The notes under the pieces are model-generated. The model was not told the origin of the DNA, ran no database searches, and saw nothing but the letters and a program-made list of their open reading frames with translations. The position numbers were made by a program, and so were the translations under genes. Source: Candidatus Marinacidobacterium sp. (lineage in GTDB: Bacteria; Acidobacteriota; Vicinamibacteria; Marinacidobacterales; Marinacidobacteraceae). Taken from it: DNA of 64,000 nt. Position 1 is the first letter of the stretch; every line of letters starts with the position of its first letter. Location: assembly GCA_965220965.1 (NCBI GenBank), contig CBDCRI010000001.1:64001-128000 (forward strand). The letters run 5' to 3'. Shown here one piece after another: positions 1 through 8,897 of the stretch.

Positions 1-199
1 GGTCCCAGGCGTGCTGCGCCGCGAACCGGAAGGCGCGCCCGCGCACCGCCTCCCCGCGGGCGACCCGCCCGGGATCCTCCTGGGCGGCCGTGCCCGCGTG
101 CATGGCGACGATCTCCCGCAGGGTGCGCTCCGCGCCGACGGCGGGCGCCGCCAGGGCCAGCGCCACGGGCAGCAGCAGGCGGGCGAGCCGGACCCTCAC
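1..199 (-). CDS. dotC: DotC/TraI-like T4BSS protein, N-terminus (runs off the window)
   Basis: GTG start overlaps the dotD stop (GTGA). Reads MRVRLARLLLPVALALAAPAVGA (signal peptide)...AVRGRAFRFAAQHAW. Position directly after dotD matches dotD-dotC order. Confidence 0.55.
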   Translation of the reverse strand, partial: MRVRLARLLLPVALALAAPAVGAERTLREIVAMHAGTAAQEDPGRVARGEAVRGRAFRFAAQHAWD

Positions 200-693
200 G
201 GCGCCGCCAGCACCTGGAAGCGGATCACGCGGGCGGCGGGGTAGACCTGGATCTCGGCGAGGTCGCCGGTCTGCGCGCCGAGCTCCCGCAGCGCCACCAT
301 CAGCGGCTGCCCGCGCAGGTCGATCGACGCCCACAGGTCGGGCGGGCTGCCGTGCCCGTCCTCGACGTAGTGGTACCCGCTCAGCTTCGCGATCACGCGG
401 GTGGCGTGCGCCGCCGGCCCGGAGTACTTGAGGTCCACGCGGCGCCCGAACCCGGGCGGCACGGAGGTGGCCTGGAAGCGCCGCTGCAGGCGCTGCTCGG
501 GCGTCAGGCTGGGGCTGCGGTAGGCGGTGGCGATCTCGGAGAGCTGGCGCACGTCCTCGCGGGCGGCCGCCGCCATCGCGCTGAAGTGCGCCATGGGGTC
601 GTCCGGAGGGGGCGGGGCGGGGCGCTTGAGCGCGCAGCCCGCCAGGGCCGGGAGCAGGGCGCACCACAGGAGCAGCCTGGACAGCCCGCTCAC
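196..693 (-). CDS. dotD: DotD/TraH-family outer-membrane lipoprotein
   Basis: GTG at 693 overlaps the upstream stop. Lipobox ALAGC, then VDLKYSGP..IAKLSGY..LRELGAQTG..IQVYP, typical of DotD. Confidence 0.8.
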   Translation of the reverse strand: MSGLSRLLLWCALLPALAGCALKRPAPPPPDDPMAHFSAMAAAAREDVRQLSEIATAYRSPSLTPEQRLQRRFQATSVPPGFGRRVDLKYSGPAAHATRVIAKLSGYHYVEDGHGSPPDLWASIDLRGQPLMVALRELGAQTGDLAEIQVYPAARVIRFQVLAAP

Positions 694-1214
694 TGGGCCG
701 CGGCCGCGCCGGACGACGCGGTCTCGATGCGCGCCAGGCTGAAGTCCATGGCCCGCAGCGTGCGGGCGCCCTTGTCGATCACGGCGTGCACGGCCGCGTC
801 GCGCCGCGCCGCCGGGTCGAGCTGGGCCGCGTACCAGGCGATGTCCATGGCGTCGCGCACCGCCCCGATCATCTGCGCGACCAGCTCCGGGTCGTCGGCG
901 AACAGCGGCACCAGGCGCAGCGCCCGCTGCGCCACCTCCTGGGGGAGCTCGCCGTAGTCGGGGTGGCGCTCCTCGATCCGCCCCCAGGGCGCCGCCGCGC
1001 CGCCCTGCGCCATCAGGGCCTCGACCTGCGAGGCCAGCTCCACGAGCTCCAGGTAGGTGGGGTCGTCCGGGTCCGGCGCGGCCTCCCCGCGGCTCGCGGC
1101 GAAGGACTCGCTGGCCTCGATCAGCGAGGCCAGCGCCTGCTGGCCGCCGAACAGCATCCCCATGGCCGGCCACGCGGCCAGCGAGATGTCCAGTTCGTCC
1201 GAGGCGCCCGTCAT
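690..1214 (-). CDS. Helical protein, possibly IcmW-like adaptor
   Basis: 174-aa acidic ORF with coding-like codon usage; first gene of the dotD-dotC operon. Only faint resemblance to IcmW (RALRLVPLF..PELVAQMI; RTLRAMDFSLARI). Confidence 0.4.
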   Translation of the reverse strand: MTGASDELDISLAAWPAMGMLFGGQQALASLIEASESFAASRGEAAPDPDDPTYLELVELASQVEALMAQGGAAAPWGRIEERHPDYGELPQEVAQRALRLVPLFADDPELVAQMIGAVRDAMDIAWYAAQLDPAARRDAAVHAVIDKGARTLRAMDFSLARIETASSGAAAAQ

Positions 1215-1225
1215 GCCGCAACCCG

Positions 1226-2767
1226 ATGAGGAGAGGGGCCGTCAAAAATATGCGCCCCACCCACGTAAGTCAAGCGGGGCGCCGGACCCCGCCCGGCCGC
1301 GGCGCGCGCCCCTTGCAAACCCCGCCGAACGTGCGACGATGGGCCGCCCGCCAAGCCCGAGCCGCGCCCCATGCCGCGTCCGACCCCGTGCCCCCGAGCG
1401 ACCCCGCGGACCCGCGCCCGCTGAAGGTCCCGCCGCACTCCGTCGAGGCGGAGCAGTCGGTGCTCGGCAGCCTCATGCTGAAGCCCGACGCCTGGATCGA
1501 CGTCATCGACATCCTCAGCGCCGGCGACTTCTACCGCTTCGAGCACAAGACCGTCTTCGAGGCCATGGAGCGGCTGTGGCGCGGCGACAGCCCCATCGAC
1601 GCCCTCACCGTGGCCGAGGCCCTGTCCTCCAAGGGGCAGCTCGACCGGATCGGCGGGGCCGCCTTCCTGGCCGAGCTGGTCGAGACCACCCCGGGCACGG
1701 CCAACGCCCCCGCCTACGCGCGCATCGTGCGCGAGCGCGCCACCCTGCGGCAGCTCATCCGCGCCGGCCAGCAGATCGCCGAGTCCGGCTTCCAGCCGGA
1801 CGGACGCGGCGCCGGCGAGCTCCTGGAGGAGGCCGAGCGCGCCGTGTTCGCCATCGCCGAGGGGCGCAGCGCCGACGGCGGGCCGCAGCCCATCACGCCC
1901 ATGCTGAACGCCGCGGCCGACGAGCTGCGCCGGCTGCACGAGAGCAAGGGCCAGCTGCCGGGCCTGCCGAGCGGGTTCGAGGACCTGGACAGGATGACGG
2001 CGGGCTTCAAGGACTCGGACCTGATCGTCATCGCCGGGCGCCCCTCCATGGGCAAGACGGCCTTCGCCATGAACATCGTCGAGTACGCGGTGGTGCAGTG
2101 CGGCAGGCCGAGCGTGGTGTTCAGCCTGGAGATGGCCGGGGAGCAGCTGGTGCTGCGCCTGCTCTCCTCCCTGGCGCACATCGACCAGAGCCGCATGCGC
2201 ATCGGCGAGCTCAACGACCGGGACTGGGAGAGCTTCAGCCGCGAGGTGGGGCGGTTGAGGGACCGGCCGCTCTACATCGACGACACGCCGGCGCTCACCC
2301 CCGGCGAGCTGCGGGCGCGGGCGCGCCGCGTGTCGCGGGAGGCGGGGGGCCTCGGCCTGATCGCCGTGGACTACCTGCAGCTGATGAGGGTCGCCGGCTC
2401 GCCGGAGAACCGCACCAACGAGATCTCCGAGATCTCCCGCTCCCTCAAGGCCCTGGCCAAGGAGATGCGCTGCCCGGTGCTGGCCCTCTCGCAGCTCAAC
2501 CGCGACGTGGAGAGGCGGCAGAACAAGCGGCCCATGATGGCCGACCTGCGCGACTCCGGCGCCATCGAGCAGGACGCCGACCTGATCCTGTTCATCTACC
2601 GCGACGAGGTGTACAACGAGGGCTCGCCGGACAAGGGCATCGCCGAGATCAACATCGGCAAGCAGCGCAACGGCGTCACCGGCACCGTGCGCCTCAGCTT
2701 CCTCGGCGAGCTGACGAAGTTCGAGAGCAAGGCGCCGGACCGCTACGACGACCTGCAGCAGACCTAG
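1226..2767 (+). CDS. dnaB: Replicative DNA helicase DnaB (true start probably later, e.g. GTG 1388)
   Basis: PPHSVEAEQSVLG, GRPSMGKT (Walker A), FSLEM, VDYLQLM, LSQLNR, DLRDSGAIEQDAD, KQRNG. Confidence 0.97.
   Translation: MRRGAVKNMRPTHVSQAGRRTPPGRGARPLQTPPNVRRWAARQARAAPHAASDPVPPSDPADPRPLKVPPHSVEAEQSVLGSLMLKPDAWIDVIDILSAGDFYRFEHKTVFEAMERLWRGDSPIDALTVAEALSSKGQLDRIGGAAFLAELVETTPGTANAPAYARIVRERATLRQLIRAGQQIAESGFQPDGRGAGELLEEAERAVFAIAEGRSADGGPQPITPMLNAAADELRRLHESKGQLPGLPSGFEDLDRMTAGFKDSDLIVIAGRPSMGKTAFAMNIVEYAVVQCGRPSVVFSLEMAGEQLVLRLLSSLAHIDQSRMRIGELNDRDWESFSREVGRLRDRPLYIDDTPALTPGELRARARRVSREAGGLGLIAVDYLQLMRVAGSPENRTNEISEISRSLKALAKEMRCPVLALSQLNRDVERRQNKRPMMADLRDSGAIEQDADLILFIYRDEVYNEGSPDKGIAEINIGKQRNGVTGTVRLSFLGELTKFESKAPDRYDDLQQT
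1245..1273 (-). promoter_or_regulatory. Sigma70-type promoter for the icmW-like/dotD/dotC operon
   Basis: TTGACT-N17-TATTTT on the minus strand, ~30 nt upstream of the ATG at 1214. Confidence 0.6.
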
Positions 2768-2795
2768 CCGGCGGCCGCTGGGGGCCGGCCGCCGG
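2768..2795. terminator. GC-rich hairpin between convergent genes
   Basis: CCGGCGGCCG-N8-CGGCCGCCGG inverted repeat right after the dnaB stop; no U-tract. Confidence 0.35.
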
Positions 2796-2880
2796 GCGGC
2801 GCGGGAGCGAAGGCCCATCTGACGGTCGCGGCCTTGGCGGAAGCGTCGGCCGTCCCGGCGCCAATGGCCCCGAAGGAGCG

Positions 2881-3642
2881 CTACGGAGAGAGCGAGATCA
2901 CGTCGGCGGCCTCGACCACCTTGACCGGCTTTCCTAGCATTCTGGAAGTGTCCACGGTCAGGACGTCGCCGACGGCGACGTTGGTGGACGGCGTCACCAC
3001 CTCGTAGGCCTGGCCGCCGTAGGAGAAGCTGACCAGGGTGGCCGGCACGTGGCGCGTCTGCGTGGCCTGCTGCTGGCCGGGGGGGCAGGGGTCGCCGTCG
3101 CGCCGGGCCATGTGGTCCTGCTCGGCCAGGCGCCGGTTGCGGCGCCCCTCCTGCATCTGGTCGCCGACCACCGCGCCGACCGCGCCGCTCAGCACCCGGC
3201 CGACGCCGTCAACGCCGGCGGCGTTGGCGACCGCCACGCCGGCCCCGCCGCCGAGCACGCGCCCGACCCAGTTGCGGGCCAGGCGCTCCTCGGCGATGCC
3301 GGCCAGCCGCTCGTCCCTGACGCAGACCGTCGAGTGCACCGCGCGGTCCACCAGCTGCGCCCCCTCGACGCGCAGGCGGACCTGCTCCGCGCTGGCGGCC
3401 ACCGGGGCCATGGCGGCGCCGGCCACGGTCATTGCGGCGACCGTCGCCTTGACGTTGGCCGCCGGGAGCGCGCTGACCTTGGCGGCCAGGGCGCTGGCGC
3501 GCCGCTCCACCTCATCGGCCGCCGCGGCGAGCTTCGGGTCGACCGCCGCGCGCATCTGGCGGATGACCGCCCTCGATCGGCCGCGCAGCTCCGCCATCTC
3601 CTGGCGGGCGAATGCCTTAAGGTCTTCTCGGGACATGCTCAT
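2881..3642 (-). CDS. Glycine-zipper 2TM membrane protein (YcfJ-like)
   Basis: GRVLGGGAGVAVA...LSGAVGAVVGDQMQ glycine zipper followed by a short beta segment. GGAGA RBS; TATAAT at 3679-3684. Confidence 0.65.
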   Translation of the reverse strand: MSMSREDLKAFARQEMAELRGRSRAVIRQMRAAVDPKLAAAADEVERRASALAAKVSALPAANVKATVAAMTVAGAAMAPVAASAEQVRLRVEGAQLVDRAVHSTVCVRDERLAGIAEERLARNWVGRVLGGGAGVAVANAAGVDGVGRVLSGAVGAVVGDQMQEGRRNRRLAEQDHMARRDGDPCPPGQQQATQTRHVPATLVSFSYGGQAYEVVTPSTNVAVGDVLTVDTSRMLGKPVKVVEAADVISLSP

Positions 3643-3735
3643 GGCCATTCTCCGTGTTCGATTTGTGGGCACGGCTCCATTATAGCGGCCCGGCGGGATT
3701 CGGGTCCCCGAACGCCGCTTGCCGGGCGACGGCCC

Positions 3736-4098
3736 CTACCAGGGGAAGACGGTCTCGAACAGGCGGCCGTTGCCCCACGCGACCGCAAGGTGCCACAGCG
3801 TGAGCACCCCCTGCTGCACCAGCAGCAGGGTCCACAGGTTGTTGAGAACGATGCAGACCAGGTGCACCGGGAAGCGGTGGGAGGGCGCGGTGAGCAGGGT
3901 CTCGTCGAAGGCGGGCACGAACCAGCGCGCCGGCGCCCATTGCGGCGTGGTGGAGCGCACCATCCGGTCCACGAAGTCCGCCCCTCTCCGCATGTCCCGG
4001 CCCTCGCCGGGCCTCACCGTGCCCGCCTGGGCGGCGCCCCCGTTCGCCACGGGGGCGTTGCGAGCCTGCGCGACCTGCCGTTCCCCGTCGTTCATCAT
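3736..4098 (-). CDS. Small hypothetical membrane protein
   Basis: Hydrophobic C-terminal half; TGGTATAAT promoter at 4130-4138 upstream. Confidence 0.55.
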   Translation of the reverse strand: MMNDGERQVAQARNAPVANGGAAQAGTVRPGEGRDMRRGADFVDRMVRSTTPQWAPARWFVPAFDETLLTAPSHRFPVHLVCIVLNNLWTLLLVQQGVLTLWHLAVAWGNGRLFETVFPW

Positions 4099-4129
4099 GG
4101 CGTTCCGTCCGCCGCTTGCTTGCGGTTGG

Positions 4130-4221
4130 ATTATACCATGCCCCGAAAGCCGCCTCGGCAGCGCGGCGCGGCCCGGCGGAAGGCCCAGCCGGGGCCGGGC
4201 CGGGGGCGGCGCAGCTATAAT
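4130..4221. promoter_or_regulatory. Divergent pair of consensus -10 boxes
   Basis: TGGTATAAT on minus (4130-4138) and TATAAT on plus (4216-4221), between divergent genes. Confidence 0.6.
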
Positions 4222-4290
4222 GGCCGCAGGCCCGGGGAGAGCGGCGGGGCGCCCCGGGGCAGGCCGACGCCCCGCGCCAAGGAGGAACCC

Positions 4291-5118
4291 ATGGCCCATC
4301 GGATCGCGACGCCGGACGGCACCGAGGTCGCCGCCCTGGACCGGCTGTCCGGGGAGGCCCTGTGGAAGTGCCTGGTCACCCGGCCGGAAGGGGCCTGCGG
4401 CCCGCCCGCGGCGGTGGAGGCGATCGGCGGGGAGGGCGGCTTCCGCGCCTTCGAGTCGGCCGGCCGCGGCGCGGTCCGCGACGTCACCGACGAGTACGTG
4501 CGCGACGCCGCCGGGTTCTCGGCCGCGGTCCGCGCGGTCCGCGCGGCGTTCCCGGGCATCACGCTCAGCTACCGGATCGGCGGCGAGGGACTGCGGCACG
4601 GCCAGGCCGCCATTCCCGCCGGGCACGAGGCCTGGCGGCGGCTGCACTTCGCGTCGATCTTCGCCGACGAGAAGCTCTGCCGGCGCCTGCCCCTGCACCT
4701 CGCCGATTGCGTCCGCTTCGACGGGGCGGCCGGCGCGCTGGCGCTGCAGCTGTCGGACGACGACCTGCTGCGGGCGGCGCACGGCGAGCTGTACGCGGCG
4801 GTCGAGCGGGCCGTTCGGCAGGAGAGGCGGGTCGAGCGGGCGAAGGGCGCCCGCCAGGCGGCGCGCTCGGCCCCGCTGAGCCCCGAGTTCAGCGACCGCG
4901 TGCATGGCCTGGTGGAGGCGGCGCGCCGGTCCCTGCCGAGGCTGCGCGGCGAGGTCGCGCAGGCGATCGAGGCGGTGGCCGCTCCCCTGGGGTTCGCCCT
5001 GCGGCCCCACCCCGGCGACCCGCACCGGACGCTGCTCGCCGAGGGCGGCGGCCCCGCCGCGGCGACGGCCGCAGGCCCCGGGGGCAGGGCCGCCGGGCCG
5101 ACGGGCGGACCGCCCTAG
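4291..5118 (+). CDS. Hypothetical protein
   Basis: AAGGAGG RBS then ATG 4291; coding-like GC3. Confidence 0.7.
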   Translation: MAHRIATPDGTEVAALDRLSGEALWKCLVTRPEGACGPPAAVEAIGGEGGFRAFESAGRGAVRDVTDEYVRDAAGFSAAVRAVRAAFPGITLSYRIGGEGLRHGQAAIPAGHEAWRRLHFASIFADEKLCRRLPLHLADCVRFDGAAGALALQLSDDDLLRAAHGELYAAVERAVRQERRVERAKGARQAARSAPLSPEFSDRVHGLVEAARRSLPRLRGEVAQAIEAVAAPLGFALRPHPGDPHRTLLAEGGGPAAATAAGPGGRAAGPTGGPP

Positions 5119-5180
5119 CGGCCCGCAACGCCCCAAGGGGGGCAAGCGCGCGACCGCGCACAGGAGCCAAGGAGAGCGGC

Positions 5181-5639
5181 ATGGGCACCAGAAGCCGAAT
5201 CGGGAGGGAGCTTCCCGATGGCCGGATCGAGCACGTCTTCTGCCAGTTCGACGGCTACCCGCAGCGTCCCGGGGCCGGCTGGGTGCTGCTGAACCACTTC
5301 CAGGACCCCGACAGGGCCGCCCGGCTGATCGACGGGGGCAGCCTCGCCTCGATGACCGACCCGGAGGCCAGGCCCAACCCCTCGCGCCACCCACCGGGCT
5401 CGGCGCTGTGGAGGGGTCCGGCGACGGCCTTGGACCGCGACGACCTGGTCTCGCGCAAGGAGGACGCGGAGTTCCTGTACCTGCTGACCCGGGAGGGGCG
5501 GTGGCTGTGCCACGGACGCTGGCCCGGGGAGGGCTGCGCGTGGCGCGACCTGGCGCAGTGCATCGAGCGCCTCGACGCCGAACGGCGGGCGGCGCGGGCG
5601 CCTTCGGCCGCGGGGCGCGGCGGCCCGTCCTCGAGCTAG
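5181..5639 (+). CDS. Conserved phage-type hypothetical protein (MGTRSxIG...CxxDGYP family)
   Basis: AAGGAG RBS. MGTRSRIG..DG.IEHVFCQFDGYP..G..LLNHF..LIDGG motif recalled from phage proteins. Confidence 0.7.
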   Translation: MGTRSRIGRELPDGRIEHVFCQFDGYPQRPGAGWVLLNHFQDPDRAARLIDGGSLASMTDPEARPNPSRHPPGSALWRGPATALDRDDLVSRKEDAEFLYLLTREGRWLCHGRWPGEGCAWRDLAQCIERLDAERRAARAPSAAGRGGPSSS

Positions 5640-5706
5640 GGGCGTTGCGGGGCGCGCCGCCGGGCGCGGGGTCTATCGGGTCAGGGCAATGGTATAATAC
5701 GAAGCC

Positions 5707-6207
5707 ATGGACGCCCGCCCGAGAAACGCCGCCCCGCCCCCGCGGCCGCTGGCCCGCCTGCTGCTTCGGCTGGCCGGCCTGTGGCCCTTCCAGGACACCC
5801 TGCCGGCCGCGCGCAACGGGGCCGGGCTCTACGCCTGGCGGCTGTTCGCGCTGCCCCCGGAATGGTCGGCCCGGGTGGGGAACGTGAAGCTGGTCAACTA
5901 CCAGTCCGGCGACGGGCCGACCCCGCACTGCCACCCCTGCTGGATGCTGTGCGTCACGCTTTGCGGGTCGGCGGTGGAGACGCTGTTCCGGCGCGGCCCC
6001 GACGGGCGCCCGCAGGTGGCCGAGCGCAAGCCGCTCGCCCGCATCCGCCTGTACAGGGCGGACGCCGAATTCCTGCACACCATCAACGACCCGCAGGGCC
6101 TCTGGACGCTGGCCGTGCGCGGTCCCAGGCGGCGCGCCTGGGGCTTCGTGCTCGCCGACGGCACCTGGGTCCACCACCTCGACCACAAGCGCGAGGCCGC
6201 GGCCTGA
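5707..6207 (+). CDS. Phage-type cupin-like protein
   Basis: PHCHP..W....L.G...E, H.I, WTL..RGPRRRAWGF motif series. TGGTATAAT ends 8 nt before the ATG. Confidence 0.65.
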   Translation: MDARPRNAAPPPRPLARLLLRLAGLWPFQDTLPAARNGAGLYAWRLFALPPEWSARVGNVKLVNYQSGDGPTPHCHPCWMLCVTLCGSAVETLFRRGPDGRPQVAERKPLARIRLYRADAEFLHTINDPQGLWTLAVRGPRRRAWGFVLADGTWVHHLDHKREAAA

Positions 6208-6570
6208 CCGCCCTCCGGGAGCGGCCTGCGCCATGAGCCACGGAGTCCGCCCTTCCGGCCCCTTCCAAGCCGCGGCGCATGCGGCCTCAGCGCGGCCTTG
6301 CGGGCGCGTGGGGATAGGGCATGGCGGCTCTAGCCCCGCCGGGTTACATTGGACGTCCCAACAGGATCCAACTGCGGGCGCCGGAGCCTTGAATGCGGAT
6401 TGATCGATGCACGGCCACAGCACCCGAAAGGCGGCGGATGTCGTGGGCATGACGCCAAGCCATGCGCGCCGCACAAGGCGTGGCCGAAGGCCGTTCCGGG
6501 CAATGCTCCGGCTGCCGGCCTGCACGGCGCACCGCATGAACCAAGAAGGCGGACCTGAAGGGCAGCGCTG

Positions 6571-6957
6571 ATGACCGCGGCCCGAACGCCCCCGCAGGCT
6601 CGGCAACCCCGTGCGGAAGGTGCTCGGGAGCCGCGGCGACCGCCTGCGCTGACCCGTGAGGACAGGCTGAGCCTGGCGTTTCACGTGCAGGTGGCGAAAC
6701 TCCTCAGGGCGGGCCCGGAGCCGGTCGTCGCCAAGGCGAGGGCGAACGCCAGGCGGCTTGCGCGCCAGCATCCGCAATTGGCGGGCGATTTCGACCGCTG
6801 GCAGGCATGGCTGTCGCTGCCGCCTGACGACCTTTGCGCACGCATCACCGCCGAAACGGAGGAGGCCATCTGGATGCGCCACATCACCGTCTTTGCGGGC
6901 GTCCTGAGCCCGAGCGAGCGCAACGCGATCATTCGGCGGCAAAGGGCCGCGCCGTGA
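6571..6957 (+). CDS. Putative antitoxin partner of the nucleotidyltransferase
   Basis: REDRLSLAFH..VAKLL..KARAN..W..W..FAGVLSPSER; GTGA-coupled to the next gene. Confidence 0.6.
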   Translation: MTAARTPPQARQPRAEGAREPRRPPALTREDRLSLAFHVQVAKLLRAGPEPVVAKARANARRLARQHPQLAGDFDRWQAWLSLPPDDLCARITAETEEAIWMRHITVFAGVLSPSERNAIIRRQRAAP

Positions 6958-7523
6958 GGCGGGAGCAGTTCAACCACGTGGTCCGCGCCGCCGGTGCGGT
7001 GCTCGGCCATGACGAGGTCCTGGTGGTGGGCAGCCAGGCCATCCATGGCTCGCTCGCGAAGGCCGCCTTGCTTGGCGACTTCTCCATGGCCGTTGACATT
7101 GCGGCTTTCGAAGACGCTGACGGACGGCTGGCCGACCTCATCGACGGGGCGCTTGGGGAGGGCAGCCTTTTCCACGAGACGCATGGCTACTACGGGCATG
7201 GCGTTGCCAAGACCACGGCGCGGCTTCCGGAAGGCTGGCGTCATAGGCTGGTTGCCCACAACGCCCCGGACACCAATGGAATCACCGCGCTCTGCCTCGA
7301 CCCCCATGATCTTTGGCTGTCAAAAGCGTATGCCGGCAGGGACAAGGACATCCCTTTCTGCAATGCGATGTTCGCCGAGGGCCTGGTTGATCCCGCCAAC
7401 CTGCGCAAGCTGCTGCCGTTGATGGGCGAGCTGCCCAACGCCGTCGGCGCCCGGATCGAGGCCATGATCGGCGCCATGGAGGCCGAGCGGGCGAGGCGGG
7501 TAGGGGGGCCGAGTCCAAAGTGA
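6954..7523 (+). CDS. DUF6036-type nucleotidyltransferase (putative toxin)
   Basis: HVVRAAG..VLVVGSQAIHG..SMAVDI..FHETHGYY..LPEGWRHRL..HDLWLSK..GRDKD. Confidence 0.75.
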   Translation: MRREQFNHVVRAAGAVLGHDEVLVVGSQAIHGSLAKAALLGDFSMAVDIAAFEDADGRLADLIDGALGEGSLFHETHGYYGHGVAKTTARLPEGWRHRLVAHNAPDTNGITALCLDPHDLWLSKAYAGRDKDIPFCNAMFAEGLVDPANLRKLLPLMGELPNAVGARIEAMIGAMEAERARRVGGPSPK

Positions 7524-8079
7524 GGCGGGGGCTAGCCTCGGATGCAAGGGGGCGGGGCTGCATTGACGCCGCCGTGCCCCCGTCCGGCTTGGGTGCGCGT
7601 CGCACGGTCGCGCCAACCCCGATTCAAGGGCGCGTGGGGTCGGGGCAGGGCGTGCCGAGCAAGCGGCACTTGAAGCGAAGCGGGTTTGTTCAATAGCTTA
7701 GATTTTTCAGAGGGTTACGGCCATGCAACGCCTAGGCTCACTGGGATGAGCTTCCCCGGAATGGCCGTCGGGCAATGCCAAGGACGTGGCGCTCGGGGCG
7801 GCTCGACGCCCATGGGCCGTTTGGAAAGCCGTTGCCTGCTTTGGGTGGAATTCACGAAGGGTGCAGCCGTTGTTGGCTTCCACGGTCCAGGTTTTTTTTG
7901 CGCCTATGTCGGGGGCGGGCGAAAAGGGGGGCCTTCTGCCGCCGGTGCGTGGCGGGCATGCCGAAGCCCTCGCAGGGCGGCACTCGGAAATGGCTGAACT
8001 GCGCGGTCCGAGCCTCGCCGAGGAGGTTGGCGTTTGCGGGCTCGCGTTCCGTGGCCTTCCATTCACGCCGCGCTCACTT

Positions 8080-8230
8080 CAAGCCCCTCGTGGGCCCTTG
8101 GATTGGGGCCATCCGAGGAGCTTTTGTGGCGTGATGCTGAACCTGCGGCGCGGAAGGCAACTTATGGGCAAAAGCAAGACGCTGTTTTATATGGGCAAAA
8201 GGCGAAATCCCACCCAGATAAAGTAACGGC
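8080..8230 (+). repeat. Structured non-coding element, copy A
   Basis: Shares colinear blocks with 12933-13082: CAAGCCC, GGATTGG, CTGAA, GCGGAAGGCAA, CTGTTTTATATG(G/C)GCAAA, CCACCCAGA, AGTAACGGC. Confidence 0.75.
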
Positions 8231-8300
8231 TTGCTTAACTGCTTCCGCGGACGTCGCTGGGCAGGCGGTGGCGACTAAAGGAAGCCGCCTCCCTCGCGCC

Positions 8301-8897
8301 TCATGGGGAGGGCCTCCTCCGAGAGTACGCACTGTCCGGGTTGTAGCGGTGCACCGGGTCATTCGGGAACGGCCGGGGACGGGTGCATGGATGCGGCTTT
8401 TCCGGGTCGTCCGCCCACTGGTTCAGCCATGGCCCGCATCCGTAGGCGCAGCCGTCAAACGCGTTCCAGAAGCATCGCGCCACCTCGAAGATCGGAAGCT
8501 GCGTGCCGCCGATCAGGCCGGGGAACACGTACTTCTTGCGCATGCCGCTGAAGGCCCAGGACAGGGACGCCTTGTCGAGGTCGGAGAACTCGCCCGTGCG
8601 GAACGCCCGCATCAAGTCCTCAGGATGCGCCCTCCAGTCGTGGTTCATGCCCGCGCACTGCTTCGCCATGAAGGTGTTAAGGCTCCACAGCGGATCCCTC
8701 TCCGGATCGGCGCCGAGCGCCTGCTTGAGAAGCGGGTGGTCGAAGTCCTCCAGCGGCCTGAGCGGCAGGAACATGACCGGGTCGTCGCAGGAGAGGCAGC
8801 CGTCGGGCAGCAGGCACTCATCCACCAGTCCGCCGGGCGGAATGTACGGCACCTCCCAATCGGGCGTGGGAGGGGGGCTTCCGCGGGCTCGGCTCAT
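8301..8897 (-). CDS. Hypothetical Cys/Trp-rich protein, copy 2 (candidate AbiEii partner)
   Basis: 198 aa; ATGA overlap with copy 1. Confidence 0.8.
   Translation of the reverse strand: MSRARGSPPPTPDWEVPYIPPGGLVDECLLPDGCLSCDDPVMFLPLRPLEDFDHPLLKQALGADPERDPLWSLNTFMAKQCAGMNHDWRAHPEDLMRAFRTGEFSDLDKASLSWAFSGMRKKYVFPGLIGGTQLPIFEVARCFWNAFDGCAYGCGPWLNQWADDPEKPHPCTRPRPFPNDPVHRYNPDSAYSRRRPSP

Noticed and set aside
1226-2767. Intein in DnaB
   Set aside because: Normal length and uninterrupted motifs.
3736-6942. Very long Arg/Gly/Pro-rich ORFs (also 51575-56059, 56078-59152, 31786-34833, 45581-48745)
   Set aside because: Shadow ORFs caused by high GC, overlapping well-supported genes. Only short terminal parts of some are real genes.
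6300-7660. Short similarity GCGCGTGGGG..AGGGC at ~6305 and ~7630 flanking the DUF6036 pair
   Set aside because: Too short and GC-rich to distinguish from chance.
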